This document shows, piece by piece, positions 28,885 to 37,739 of a stretch of DNA of 64,000 nucleotides (the stretch's first letter is position 1; every line of letters begins with the position of its first letter). The translations under genes and the position numbers were made by a program. Origin of the DNA: an uncultured virus (IMG/VR IMGVR_UViG_3300011223_000002) (lineage: Duplodnaviria > Heunggongvirae > Uroviricota > Caudoviricetes); IMG/VR virus record IMGVR_UViG_3300011223_000002, positions 124,001 to 188,000 of that record; one strand, 5' to 3'. The notes under the pieces were generated by a model. The model saw only the letters and a list, made by a program, of their open reading frames with translations. It did no database searches and was not told where the DNA came from.

Positions 28885-29505
28885 TTAAACGTTCATCAGG
28901 TTGTTGAAGTACTGCGTAACGTTTTCCTTCGCGTTACGCGACGGCAGGTTCTTGACCGCGGTGGCGATGTCGATCACGCGGTTCAGTTTGTAGCGCTGCG
29001 TCCAGTTCTTGCTGATCATGATCAGCAGGCTGAAGTATTCGCGGTAGGTGCGAATGCTGTCGAGCGGGTAGGTCTCTTCCAGACCACGCAGGAAACGGAA
29101 GCATTTGCCGTCTTGGAAGGTGCCCGGGTTTTCCTGGACCACCTTCAGAATAGCGTCGGTCACAATGGCGAATTGCTCGTAGGGAAGCTGGAACGCGCCG
29201 GCAACAGACTCGATGAAGCTGGCCTGTTCGGTGTTACGGTGCTGGAGGTCAGTGAACCCTTCTTCACCGTTCAGGTACTTCAGGTGCTGGTTCAGACGCG
29301 AGATCAACACATCCGAAGCCACATCGCCTTTAGCGCCAGTCAAGCTGCTGACACCGATGACGGTTGGCTCTTCTTCGTAGGTCACGGTTTTGGCAGGCGT
29401 CGAAGCAGTGACCTTGGTTTTTTGAACTTCAGGTTCTACAACGGTTTCCAGGTCGTTGACCTGAGGCGCGACATAGTCGGCGTCCTTGGTGGTATCTTTG
29501 CTCAT
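28885..29505 (-). CDS. Hypothetical conserved protein
   Basis: 206 aa, typical codon usage, downstream of a TATG motif. Confidence 0.6.
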   Translation of the reverse strand: MSKDTTKDADYVAPQVNDLETVVEPEVQKTKVTASTPAKTVTYEEEPTVIGVSSLTGAKGDVASDVLISRLNQHLKYLNGEEGFTDLQHRNTEQASFIESVAGAFQLPYEQFAIVTDAILKVVQENPGTFQDGKCFRFLRGLEETYPLDSIRTYREYFSLLIMISKNWTQRYKLNRVIDIATAVKNLPSRNAKENVTQYFNNLMNV

Positions 29506-29559
29506 GGGAAAGGCCCTTTCAGAAAAAGAAAAACAGGATATATCCAGGTTGTAACATGC

Positions 29560-29571
29560 GCATAAAATGCC
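29560..29571 (-). promoter_or_regulatory. Candidate late promoter (TATG)
   Basis: GGCATTTTATGC directly after a terminator hairpin. Confidence 0.45.
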
Positions 29572-29597
29572 CTACCCGGCCGCAATGGCCGGGTAGG
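29571..29597 (-). terminator. Terminator hairpin
   Basis: Stem CCTACCCGGCC/GGCCGGGTAGG followed by GCATTTT on the minus strand. Confidence 0.7.
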
Positions 29598-29607
29598 AGC
29601 AGGGCAG

Positions 29608-30096
29608 TTATTGTGGTTTCTGCTGAGCAGCTTGAAGCGCGGCCATTACAGCTGCAATGTCCATTTGCCCAGCAGGAACTGCAGGGGTGTTCCCAGCGTG
29701 ACGAGCAGCCTCAGCCTCTCGAGCTTCTTTTTCGATACGCAACCGTTCCGTACGACCCTTTACCATCCCCTTGACCAAGCGTTCGCCAATGTGCATGGGA
29801 TAACTGACGTAATCCTTCAATGGCATGAACTCTTCCAGTTTGTTAATCCCAAACCGTTCGCCAATACTCTCGAACGACCAGGGGTGGAAGTATTTACGTT
29901 CTTCCTCAACAAACAAGATGGATTGATACGGTTCAGGACGACCCGCCTCAACATACCCCATGCGCAGGTCTTGTAAGAACGAGTCGATAAACTCGTGCTC
30001 ATCTGCGCTCAGGCTGGACATGTCAGTTTCCTTGAGGTTTAACAACACATCAAGGTACTTGGTGGAATGGGAGGCGCTGGTGCGGGTATCGATCAG
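29608..30096 (-). CDS. Hypothetical protein; start uncertain (CTG 30096, ATG 30021, or frameshift extension of the upstream gene)
   Basis: Lies in the -1 frame relative to the upstream gene; coding-like codons begin about at the upstream stop. Confidence 0.55.
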   Translation of the reverse strand: MIDTRTSASHSTKYLDVLLNLKETDMSSLSADEHEFIDSFLQDLRMGYVEAGRPEPYQSILFVEEERKYFHPWSFESIGERFGINKLEEFMPLKDYVSYPMHIGERLVKGMVKGRTERLRIEKEAREAEAARHAGNTPAVPAGQMDIAAVMAALQAAQQKPQ

Positions 30097-31823
30097 GAGC
30101 GGGCTTCGCGCGTTGCGCTTTGGCCTTCGACTGCCAGATTCATGGTGATGATCTGGCTCTGGGTAAAAAAGTGCATGTACGCGTCGATAGGTGTATAACC
30201 CAGCTTCACGATTTCTTGCGCTTCCGCACTGTTCTTCCCACACTTCGGACAATCGAAGTTACGAATACCCACGAAGGTGCGTGACATGAATGGGGTTTTA
30301 CGGTAAACCGTTTGGATCAACCCGTGGTTCATGGTCTTGTTGCGCATGGCCGCCATGAGACCCTTGTTGAACTCGTCGTTCTGCGATTCGCTGCGCTTCA
30401 GGATAACCGCGTTCTCATCCTGGATGCCACCCGGGAAGTAGGCGTATTCGGTTACCCAGTGGATCATCTCGGAACCGCCCAGGGAGTTGAGCAGAATCAT
30501 CAACTGATCAGAAGCCGCCTGCTGGTCGTCCACCTTGTTACGGATTTCCTTCATCCGGGGCTCAACCTGCCCAACGAAGAATTCGAAGGTCTCGATTGCA
30601 TCGTAGATGGAAGGTGGACCTACTTTCAACCGCACGGTCTGGTCGGCGTTGTAGACGTAGAAGTCTTCTTCAGCCAAGCCATAGGTCGATTGCTCGATCA
30701 TTGCCAAGGTTTCATCGAAGGTGTACGTCACCTTGCCCGAGAAGATGTTGCCGAAGATGGCGGCCTCTTCATCGGTCTGGATCGAGTGCCGTACGCGCAC
30801 CAGACGGGTCGGATCGATCAGACCGAACTTCGAGTGGTCGCAGCCTTGGAAGATGCAGCGCAGGTCCATTTGCACGCCTTCATCCGAGATCGAATCCAGC
30901 AGTGCCGAGCAAAGAACTTGGAAGTCAGTGAACCGCAGGAGTTTACCCAGGTCACCAAAGTCAACGAGGCCGGTGACCGAGCAGCTGATGATGCGCGCCT
31001 TGAGGAACTTCCAGACTTCAACAACACCGGCGATGTAGGACAAGGTCAGCGTGTTGCCACCGACCTGGCGGACATACAGGCCAATACGGCGGTTGATGTC
31101 GTTGATCAGGTTGGCGATGTCGAGCGGGTCAGGACGGGAGAAGGTCAGGGCCAGGAAAGCGTTGCGGACGAGGACGTGGTATTCGAAAGGCGTCTTCGAA
31201 GCACCCGCGCTCGTGCGCGCCATGGTTTCAGAGATGCTCATCCCTTTCTTGGCGGTGGGTGCCGGGACACGCCCAAGGATATCGCCAGTGACGTGTTTAC
31301 CCGAACGTTGGCTGACGTTGCTGACGTCTTCCTCGTGAACCACCCGGGTACGACCCAACAGGTCATCATGGATATCCCGGTAGAACACGAACAGGTCTTT
31401 GGCGAGGTTCTGGATCTCGTCCAACGAACGGCCTGGGAAGTGGGTGTCTACGTACTGCTCCCAGTCACTGTTGCTCTTGTTGATGATCGAGCTGTCAACT
31501 CGTTCACGTGTGGCCAACTCCGCCACACTGGCCCAGTTGGTCCAATGACTGATCAGTTCGTTACCGGCCTCGTAAACCGCCTTGGTGTTCCCGGTGAAGA
31601 TCGAGACGAACCCCTTCTCTCGATCCTTGTCGCTCAACAAACGTTTGAACTCGTCAGCGTTGTCGAGCAACTGCTTCATCGGCGTATTGCTTGCCGTGTG
31701 CAGATCGTTGTAAGCAAACACCTTGGGTGGTTGAGGAATGCTCTCCTTCACCGCCTGCGCCAGCGAGCTTTCTTGTACAGTGGGTTCTGCAGCCGGCGCT
31801 TTGTTTTCTTCGTTCTCGCTCAT
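30093..31823 (-). CDS. Conserved protein, probable baseplate/tail assembly chaperone-like (phiKZ gp77-like)
   Basis: 576 aa; CIFQGC and CPKCG Cys pairs; HFF near the C-terminus; synteny. Confidence 0.55.
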   Translation of the reverse strand: MSENEENKAPAAEPTVQESSLAQAVKESIPQPPKVFAYNDLHTASNTPMKQLLDNADEFKRLLSDKDREKGFVSIFTGNTKAVYEAGNELISHWTNWASVAELATRERVDSSIINKSNSDWEQYVDTHFPGRSLDEIQNLAKDLFVFYRDIHDDLLGRTRVVHEEDVSNVSQRSGKHVTGDILGRVPAPTAKKGMSISETMARTSAGASKTPFEYHVLVRNAFLALTFSRPDPLDIANLINDINRRIGLYVRQVGGNTLTLSYIAGVVEVWKFLKARIISCSVTGLVDFGDLGKLLRFTDFQVLCSALLDSISDEGVQMDLRCIFQGCDHSKFGLIDPTRLVRVRHSIQTDEEAAIFGNIFSGKVTYTFDETLAMIEQSTYGLAEEDFYVYNADQTVRLKVGPPSIYDAIETFEFFVGQVEPRMKEIRNKVDDQQAASDQLMILLNSLGGSEMIHWVTEYAYFPGGIQDENAVILKRSESQNDEFNKGLMAAMRNKTMNHGLIQTVYRKTPFMSRTFVGIRNFDCPKCGKNSAEAQEIVKLGYTPIDAYMHFFTQSQIITMNLAVEGQSATREARS

Positions 31824-31841
31824 CGAAAAAGGTTCCTGTGT

Positions 31842-32654
31842 TTACTGGTGAATAGGGTCTTGTGGGGTGTCCAGGTGCACTGGGTCGTTTTCCAGAGTCA
31901 CCGGATCACGTGGGAGATTGTCGCTTTCGTCTACCGGCTCGTCATCCGGCATGGCTTCGAACTCGGCCACCAGGTTGTCCATCAATGCGTCAGACTCGAC
32001 GCGGGCGGCGCTGGCATACAGCGGAGCAACGCGAGCAATGCGACGGTTGTGCAGCTGCTCCATGTAAACTTCCATGGGCATGTCGGCAGACCGGTGCTCT
32101 TTTGCGTACGTTTCGACGAATGCGTCGTAGCGGTCCATGAGCGCGATCATCCCCGGACGCAGCTCGAACATGAGGTCGTTCGCCAACTGCGAAGTATGGA
32201 GGACGATGTCGATGTACTCTTCCGGCTTTTTCCCAGCCTGGTCCAGGAGTTTGATGGCCTGAATGTCTTCACACAGCGCCACCACGGCCTTATCGAGCTG
32301 GACGAGCAGTTCTTGGTCTTGCTCGGTAAGCACCACCTTCTTCTCAGATTCGAGCACGGTGATCACTTCAGCCGACGCATGCAGTTGTGTCGCGATCACC
32401 GCCGTGGAGTTAAACCCCGAGATCAGCTTGGTACGGTCCAGCTCTGGGATCTTCTTGCCCGAACCACCAATACCTTCATCCGCCAAGCGTTGGAGCTTCT
32501 CGCGGTTGTTGATCAGGTCGAAGATCGTGTCATTACCCACGATGTCGCGAATGACTTGGTGTTTGGAGATCGCTGCCCGGGTGCGCTTCTCTTTTTTCGC
32601 ACGGGCGCGTTTGGCTTGTTTCTTGGCACGCATGGCTTGCTGTTTAGTACTCAT
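31842..32654 (-). CDS. Hypothetical protein with a basic N-terminus and acidic C-terminus
   Basis: MSTKQQAMRAKKQAKRARAKKEKR N-terminus. Confidence 0.65.
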   Translation of the reverse strand: MSTKQQAMRAKKQAKRARAKKEKRTRAAISKHQVIRDIVGNDTIFDLINNREKLQRLADEGIGGSGKKIPELDRTKLISGFNSTAVIATQLHASAEVITVLESEKKVVLTEQDQELLVQLDKAVVALCEDIQAIKLLDQAGKKPEEYIDIVLHTSQLANDLMFELRPGMIALMDRYDAFVETYAKEHRSADMPMEVYMEQLHNRRIARVAPLYASAARVESDALMDNLVAEFEAMPDDEPVDESDNLPRDPVTLENDPVHLDTPQDPIHQ

Positions 32655-32693
32655 ATGCTATGGTCCTTATTAAACAACTAGGAAAGTAACCCG

Positions 32694-33587
32694 ATGACAA
32701 TCGAGCTAGAAGAATCTGTAATATTGGAGGAAGGTGAGAACCTTGCTGACAGTGCGATCGGAGGACTGTGGGTCAATTTTCGACAAACCCTGATCCCCGC
32801 ACAGGCCAAAGAATTGGATCAGTCGTTTAATTTAATAATGCTGGCCAACCCCGATTCGATCATGCCTTCGCTGATTTCCGAAGCGTTGGTGGACGAATAC
32901 CCCGAACAGGCCCAACGCAAACAAACCGTATATACGATTATCACGTATAACCTCATCGAACTGATCGAAGGGTTGGGCATCAAGTTGTTTGACGAGGTAG
33001 GTGAAGACAAACTTCGTTACCTGCACAACTTGGCATCGTTGTTCTTCGAATTGGAAGAATACGAAGACCTGATTGGTCTGCGTGGTCTACTGGGTTCGTT
33101 TGATATCCCACCGGTCAATCGCCTACTGCAAATGATGGCGATCTACTGGGGTGAAGACGAAGACCTCAGTGAATACGAGTGCATGATTGAAGACGTCAGC
33201 GAGGTCACTCTGAAGTCCGTCAGTGACAGCCTGTTCAACCCTGAAGACATCGACACTGCACCCAAGCCGATCCAGGACCGTATCGTGGCCAACCGCGAGT
33301 TCCTCAAGGGCACCATTGCCTGGCGCCACATCACCAGCAACGGCGAGCTGGGTGGGTCGGTTAAGAGCTTCCTGACCTTCTTTGAAACTGACCTCCGCGC
33401 CTTGCTGGGTGAAGACACCTCGGACGGCTTTGTGGCATTTGCGCGCGAAGTGATCGGGTTCTTTATTATCAGCGAGATCAACAGCGATGTGCTCAAAGAC
33501 AAAGTCTCGCAATACCTGTATACGATGATCAGTGACATGCATGCCATGATGCGTGTTGAATCACTCATTAAGCAAGTGGTGCTGTAA
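32694..33587 (+). CDS. Conserved acidic protein (phiKZ gp79-like)
   Basis: Coupled (TAATG) to the vRNAP subunit gene; synteny. Confidence 0.6.
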   Translation: MTIELEESVILEEGENLADSAIGGLWVNFRQTLIPAQAKELDQSFNLIMLANPDSIMPSLISEALVDEYPEQAQRKQTVYTIITYNLIELIEGLGIKLFDEVGEDKLRYLHNLASLFFELEEYEDLIGLRGLLGSFDIPPVNRLLQMMAIYWGEDEDLSEYECMIEDVSEVTLKSVSDSLFNPEDIDTAPKPIQDRIVANREFLKGTIAWRHITSNGELGGSVKSFLTFFETDLRALLGEDTSDGFVAFAREVIGFFIISEINSDVLKDKVSQYLYTMISDMHAMMRVESLIKQVVL

Positions 33588-34888
33588 TGACAAAGCTCGA
33601 ATACCTCAAGTGGTTCTTTGAGAACCGCGGGTACAACGAAAAAGCCAGCCTGCAGGCCATGATCTCCATCCAGTTCGAAGATGAAGACTCTTCCGGCCTG
33701 TTTAAACAATACCCATATACCGTGTTTGTGGAAGGGGGTAAATTCAATGTCTTGGTAGATGGTCTTCAACAGGTCGTTGAAGGGAACGTCGACGAACCCC
33801 TGTTCCAGATGGATGACCGTCTCTCCCTGCCCGGGGACTTCCACCCCCAGTTCAAAGGCAAAGCCTTCGACACCACCTTTGGCCTGTTCCTGTTCAACGT
33901 GGTCCTGTTGTGGGAACCGTTCAAGGACGCGGTCGATTATCTGAACAAGGAGTTCACCAAACCTCGAATGGAAAGCATCATCCGTGAGGTCATGGTGAGC
34001 AACCCGCCCCCCGGTGAAGCCGTCCCCCCAGGCAAGGCCAGTGTGGCGCAGTGCCAGCAGTTTACCAAGAACTGCTACTTCCTTGAAGGCCTGGGGTCGT
34101 TCTACATCAAACCGGGCGGTGTGGACGCCCTCACTGTTGATCAACGCGTCCTTGACCTCAAAGCCAAACTCATGGCCGAGAACAAGGACAAGCTGAAAGA
34201 CCCGGTTGTTGTGACCAACATCATCGATCAGTGCGTTGAACTGGACATGCAGATCTGTATGACCGGTCCTTCTCGCAAGTTCTTTATTGCGAAGAAGTTT
34301 ATCGACAACAGTCGGAAGCGGATGTTTATCTCCTTTGGTATCGAACCGAGCGCGGATGGCAAAGGCTGGGTCTTCCTCGATAAGTCACTCGATGAAGGCT
34401 GGGACCCGCAGTTCCTTGCTGATTACATCAACACCTCGGTAGCCGGTTCCTATAGCCGTTCGATGGCCACCGGTGAAGGCGGTGCAGAAGTAAAAGAAAC
34501 GATTCGTTTGGTGGGGCGTTTCTTTGTCTCTAGCGATATCGTGGACTGTGGTACGCCGAAGTTGGAAGAGGTGGATATTCACGCTTCCAACTACAGCTAC
34601 TTTGTAGGGACCACTGCGAAGATTGGCGACAAGCTGATCAAACTGGATTTGGCGGCTGCTGAGAAGTACAAAGGCAAGTCGCTGATGATTCGTGTTCCTC
34701 AGTTCTGCTTGGCGCCGGACGGTAGTTACTGCAAGACCTGCTGTGGCGAAGGCCTGGGTGCCTTTGGTGAACGTCTGTCCACCGAAGTTGTACTGATGCC
34801 TACAAGCATGATGCTTGGAAGAATGAAGGCACACCACGTGGCAGGTAGTAAGACCAGCGTCTTGGATATCGAAACCGCTCTGAAATAA
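33587..34888 (+). CDS. Virion RNA polymerase beta'-like subunit (phiKZ gp80-like)
   Basis: Bridge-helix-like GSYSRSMATGEGGAEVK; Zn ligands DCGT...RVPQFC...CKTCCG. Confidence 0.8.
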   Translation: MTKLEYLKWFFENRGYNEKASLQAMISIQFEDEDSSGLFKQYPYTVFVEGGKFNVLVDGLQQVVEGNVDEPLFQMDDRLSLPGDFHPQFKGKAFDTTFGLFLFNVVLLWEPFKDAVDYLNKEFTKPRMESIIREVMVSNPPPGEAVPPGKASVAQCQQFTKNCYFLEGLGSFYIKPGGVDALTVDQRVLDLKAKLMAENKDKLKDPVVVTNIIDQCVELDMQICMTGPSRKFFIAKKFIDNSRKRMFISFGIEPSADGKGWVFLDKSLDEGWDPQFLADYINTSVAGSYSRSMATGEGGAEVKETIRLVGRFFVSSDIVDCGTPKLEEVDIHASNYSYFVGTTAKIGDKLIKLDLAAAEKYKGKSLMIRVPQFCLAPDGSYCKTCCGEGLGAFGERLSTEVVLMPTSMMLGRMKAHHVAGSKTSVLDIETALK

Positions 34889-34909
34889 ATAAAAAAAAAA
34901 GAAACCTAA

Positions 34910-34936
34910 CCTACCCAGCCATTGCGGCTGGGTAGG
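34910..34936 (-). terminator. Terminator hairpin between convergent genes
   Basis: CCTACCCAGCC/GGCTGGGTAGG; T10 tract at 34891-34900 on the minus strand. Confidence 0.75.
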
Positions 34937-34944
34937 CGGTCTCC

Positions 34945-35922
34945 TTAATATTCTAAATCAACTTTCTTCCATGAATACCCCTTGTGTGTTTTGGTAATGC
35001 CTGATAAGACGTTCCTAACTCCGCTGGGTAAGAACCCAGCTTCCTTGATTGCCTTATCTCCAATGAACTCCACAATCTCGCCTGTTTCCAGATTGGTTCC
35101 CACAATCTTTGATTTGGCTATCGGACAGATGGTTCTTATATCAGCCAACACGTCTTCGGGTATTTCTCGAGGTAGGTCGGTAACTTCTTCCTGGGTAGCA
35201 AAAGACCACTTGCAGTTACCATGTGACATGAGATTACCATTGGCGGCGTTACTTACCGCCGCTTGGTCAAACCCATAACCCACCAATTGAGTCTTACCGA
35301 AGATAATGAAACTGTAACCTGTGAACTTACCTCTGACCACTTCTCCCTTTAGCGGTTTAGTGTTACTGTGGGCTTCTCCAGTACCTCTCAGTTTTGTTAT
35401 CAGGGCATGTTTTTGGTTACCTTCAGAATCGGTCCATTCGAGGTTGCTCAAGGCCATGTTTTGTTTCACCCCATCGAGATGGTTAATCTCAAGGAACTTG
35501 GGGTGAATAGCCTTGAACTTATCAGGAACAGGTAAGAACACGCAACCTAGAGCTCGGTGAACGGCTAGGGTGTGTGCTTTACCCGCGATGGCAATTAATG
35601 CCACTATGTAACCTTCGCCCATGTAGGGTTTGGTCGGGATCTCCCTGAATTTCTTCTCCTTGTTATTGTTGGAGATTATCTTCCCTAAGTTACTGATGAA
35701 CAGATAGCTTGGATTCACCACCTTCAGGGATGTATCATCCTTGAGGAATCGTTCCAGCTTCTGATAATAGAACGGCAAGAACACTTCGTAGTCTGGATCC
35801 TCTTCCAGTTTCTTGTCGAGGCGTTCCTTAACCAGGGGTAGGTTAAACGGGAACGGGTGACTGTGGTAAAATGTTAATTCCTCTTCAGTTGGGAAAAGGT
35901 CATCGATAAAGCGATAGGTCAT
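34945..35922 (-). CDS. Free-standing HNH homing endonuclease (I-HmuI-like, with NUMOD1-like C-terminal repeats)
   Basis: AVHRALG...EINHLDGVKQNMALSNLEWTDSEGNQKHA; two C-terminal repeats (GFDQAAVSNAANG..HGNCKW; GFLPSGVRNVLSG..HKGYSW); visibly more AT-rich than neighbours. Confidence 0.85.
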   Translation of the reverse strand: MTYRFIDDLFPTEEELTFYHSHPFPFNLPLVKERLDKKLEEDPDYEVFLPFYYQKLERFLKDDTSLKVVNPSYLFISNLGKIISNNNKEKKFREIPTKPYMGEGYIVALIAIAGKAHTLAVHRALGCVFLPVPDKFKAIHPKFLEINHLDGVKQNMALSNLEWTDSEGNQKHALITKLRGTGEAHSNTKPLKGEVVRGKFTGYSFIIFGKTQLVGYGFDQAAVSNAANGNLMSHGNCKWSFATQEEVTDLPREIPEDVLADIRTICPIAKSKIVGTNLETGEIVEFIGDKAIKEAGFLPSGVRNVLSGITKTHKGYSWKKVDLEY

Positions 35923-35951
35923 AGTAGACTCCTCTATTGTTATTCGTCTAG

Positions 35952-35967
35952 GTAATGTAGGTCTAAT
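35952..35967 (-). promoter_or_regulatory. Early promoter motif upstream of the HNH gene
   Basis: ATTAGACCTACATTAC on the minus strand. Confidence 0.6.
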
Positions 35968-35999
35968 AAAAACTATAAAACAAAAAGAGAATAAAGGGT

Positions 36000-36027
36000 C
36001 CTACCCAACCCCGAAGGATTAGGTAGG
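36000..36027 (-). terminator. Imperfect terminator hairpin
   Basis: CCTACC...GGTAGG-based stem followed by a T-rich tract on the minus strand. Confidence 0.5.
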
Positions 36028-36034
36028 TTAACCA

Positions 36035-36373
36035 CTAAGGGCTTTTAAAGCTCACCTGAGGACACCCGCAGTTATAGCGAACCAGTCCAGGCAGGCTACG
36101 GGTAAAGAATGGGAGGTCTTCCCATTCGTCTACGCCTTCAAGGGCTTCAGAGTCGTAGTGTTTATGACCATCGAAGATCCAGACATGCCCACCTGGCCAG
36201 TGTTGGGTATGACGCCAGCAGACGAAATTGTCAGTGCCGGTCAGTTCACCGTTGGGGACGTGTGGTTGGAAGTGAGCGGCAAAGCGCTCACACCCACCTG
36301 TGTTGATATCTCGCAGGTCTTCGTACTGCGGGTTACGTCTTAGCCATTCTTCTGCCAGTTCTCTAGGAATCAT
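36035..36373 (-). CDS. Hypothetical protein with a Cys-His-Asp papain/transglutaminase-like triad pattern
   Basis: GGCERFA...GHVWIF..HKHYDS. Confidence 0.5.
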   Translation of the reverse strand: MIPRELAEEWLRRNPQYEDLRDINTGGCERFAAHFQPHVPNGELTGTDNFVCWRHTQHWPGGHVWIFDGHKHYDSEALEGVDEWEDLPFFTRSLPGLVRYNCGCPQVSFKSP

Positions 36374-36378
36374 GTCAG

Positions 36379-36723
36379 CTAGTCCTGTTCCCAATAAACC
36401 AGATTACTTGCAGCGGAATCGATTACAAGAAACTCTCGCTCGTGATCCGCAGCATCAGGCTTCTTTCGGAAACTCAAGAAGTGCCTGGTTGCGCTCGTTG
36501 TGCTAAGGAATACAAAGCAGTGTGACTCGCCGGAGATGTGCTCAAGCTTGAACTCACCTAGTTTGTCACGTATGTACTCAAGGGCGGCTTCCAGGTTTCT
36601 TTCATCCAGGTAGGTAATGGCGTTAAAGGTTGTACCATTTTTGTTTTCTTGCTCGATCCTGGTGAGGATGGCATCTAGAAGCTTTTGGGTGTTCTTGTAG
36701 AGAACTGTTTTGTGTTGAGTCAT
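36379..36723 (-). CDS. Tandem paralog family member 3 (ends LVYWEQD)
   Basis: Shared domain pattern with the two upstream genes. Confidence 0.6.
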   Translation of the reverse strand: MTQHKTVLYKNTQKLLDAILTRIEQENKNGTTFNAITYLDERNLEAALEYIRDKLGEFKLEHISGESHCFVFLSTTSATRHFLSFRKKPDAADHEREFLVIDSAASNLVYWEQD

Positions 36724-36727
36724 TAGG

Positions 36728-37039
36728 CTAGTCCTGTTCGACGTACAGCACGTCTGCACGGTTGACATTATAAATCTGGAACCAGTCATCATGATCGGCA
36801 GGCTGAGGTTTGCATTGCACTGTGATCACGTGGCCGCGTGTTGTACGTTCCAGGAGGTCTGGAATATTGTCGCAGAAGATGCCGTACCTTTCACTCAGCC
36901 GTTCGGCCAGGGCTTTATAGAACCCATCGTAATGTTCGGCCTTGATGAGGACGGTAGCGCGGAACTTACGATTGTGTCCATCGTTGTAGGTGAGACGTCC
37001 GATAATAGCGTCGATCATTTGTTCAAGATGCAAAAGCAT
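36728..37039 (-). CDS. Tandem paralog family member 2 (ends VLYVEQD)
   Basis: Shared domain pattern; AGGAG SD supplied by the upstream gene end. Confidence 0.6.
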   Translation of the reverse strand: MLLHLEQMIDAIIGRLTYNDGHNRKFRATVLIKAEHYDGFYKALAERLSERYGIFCDNIPDLLERTTRGHVITVQCKPQPADHDDWFQIYNVNRADVLYVEQD

Positions 37040-37043
37040 AGGG

Positions 37044-37673
37044 CTACTCCTGCTCGTAGTAGATGTGCTCAGCCTGACGACCGTTGATATGAAGGAAGGC
37101 GCCATCAGTTTCATACGGCTCGGGTTTCTGGAAGAGCTCGATGTTGTGGACTCCCTTGGCAGAGATGACGGCCAGCTCTTCTTCGGTCATTTCGGTGTAA
37201 TAGGCGTTCAGCGCCGCGTCGAGTTTTTCCTTAATCGACCGCACCGACCACTTCTTAACAAAGAGCACGATGTGGGTCAGTTTGTTGATACCGTCCGCTA
37301 ACTTGATCTGTGTCAGGACCTGTTCAATGATGGCGTCGTGGTGAGAAATCGACGGATTGGGTGGCGGGGTGCGGTCAATGATCGTCGATGTCATGCCGCT
37401 GGTGGCGATAAACGGTCCGAGGTCACTTACCGCCTGGAACGGTGCGTGGGAGATGTTCAGCACCAGGCCTTTGCTCGCCAAGAACAAGACAACTTCGGCA
37501 TCGTTTCCCAATACCGTGTCGTAAGTTTCTTCGAGCTGGCGTTTTAACGCCACCATGAAGGGCTTCTCGTTTTGCGGCGCGAGTACCAGGCTGACGTTGT
37601 GCTTGGTCTCGTTCTTTGCAACTTGCAGGGTGGCAATAACCGCTTCTATCAGTTGATTGATCACAGCTTTCAT
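37044..37673 (-). CDS. Tandem paralog family member 1, two domains (ends IYYEQE)
   Basis: Internal duplication (NQLIEAVIATL / DAIIEQVLTQI). Confidence 0.6.
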   Translation of the reverse strand: MKAVINQLIEAVIATLQVAKNETKHNVSLVLAPQNEKPFMVALKRQLEETYDTVLGNDAEVVLFLASKGLVLNISHAPFQAVSDLGPFIATSGMTSTIIDRTPPPNPSISHHDAIIEQVLTQIKLADGINKLTHIVLFVKKWSVRSIKEKLDAALNAYYTEMTEEELAVISAKGVHNIELFQKPEPYETDGAFLHINGRQAEHIYYEQE

Positions 37674-37699
37674 GAGTGTTCCTAGATAAAGAAAGAAAG

Positions 37700-37728
37700 A
37701 CCTACCAGACCGTGAAGGTCTGGTAGGT
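37700..37728 (-). terminator. Terminator hairpin
   Basis: ACCTACCAGACC/GGTCTGGTAGGT followed by CTTTCTTTCTTT on the minus strand. Confidence 0.75.
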
Positions 37729-37739
37729 TCTAATGGGGG

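Noticed and set aside
30312..32681. 789-aa + strand ORF
   Set aside because: Antisense shadow of the gp77-like gene and its neighbour.
659..37728. CRISPR array or IS ends from the repeated CCTACC hairpins
   Set aside because: Copies are dispersed singly at gene ends, with no regular spacers, cas genes or transposase.
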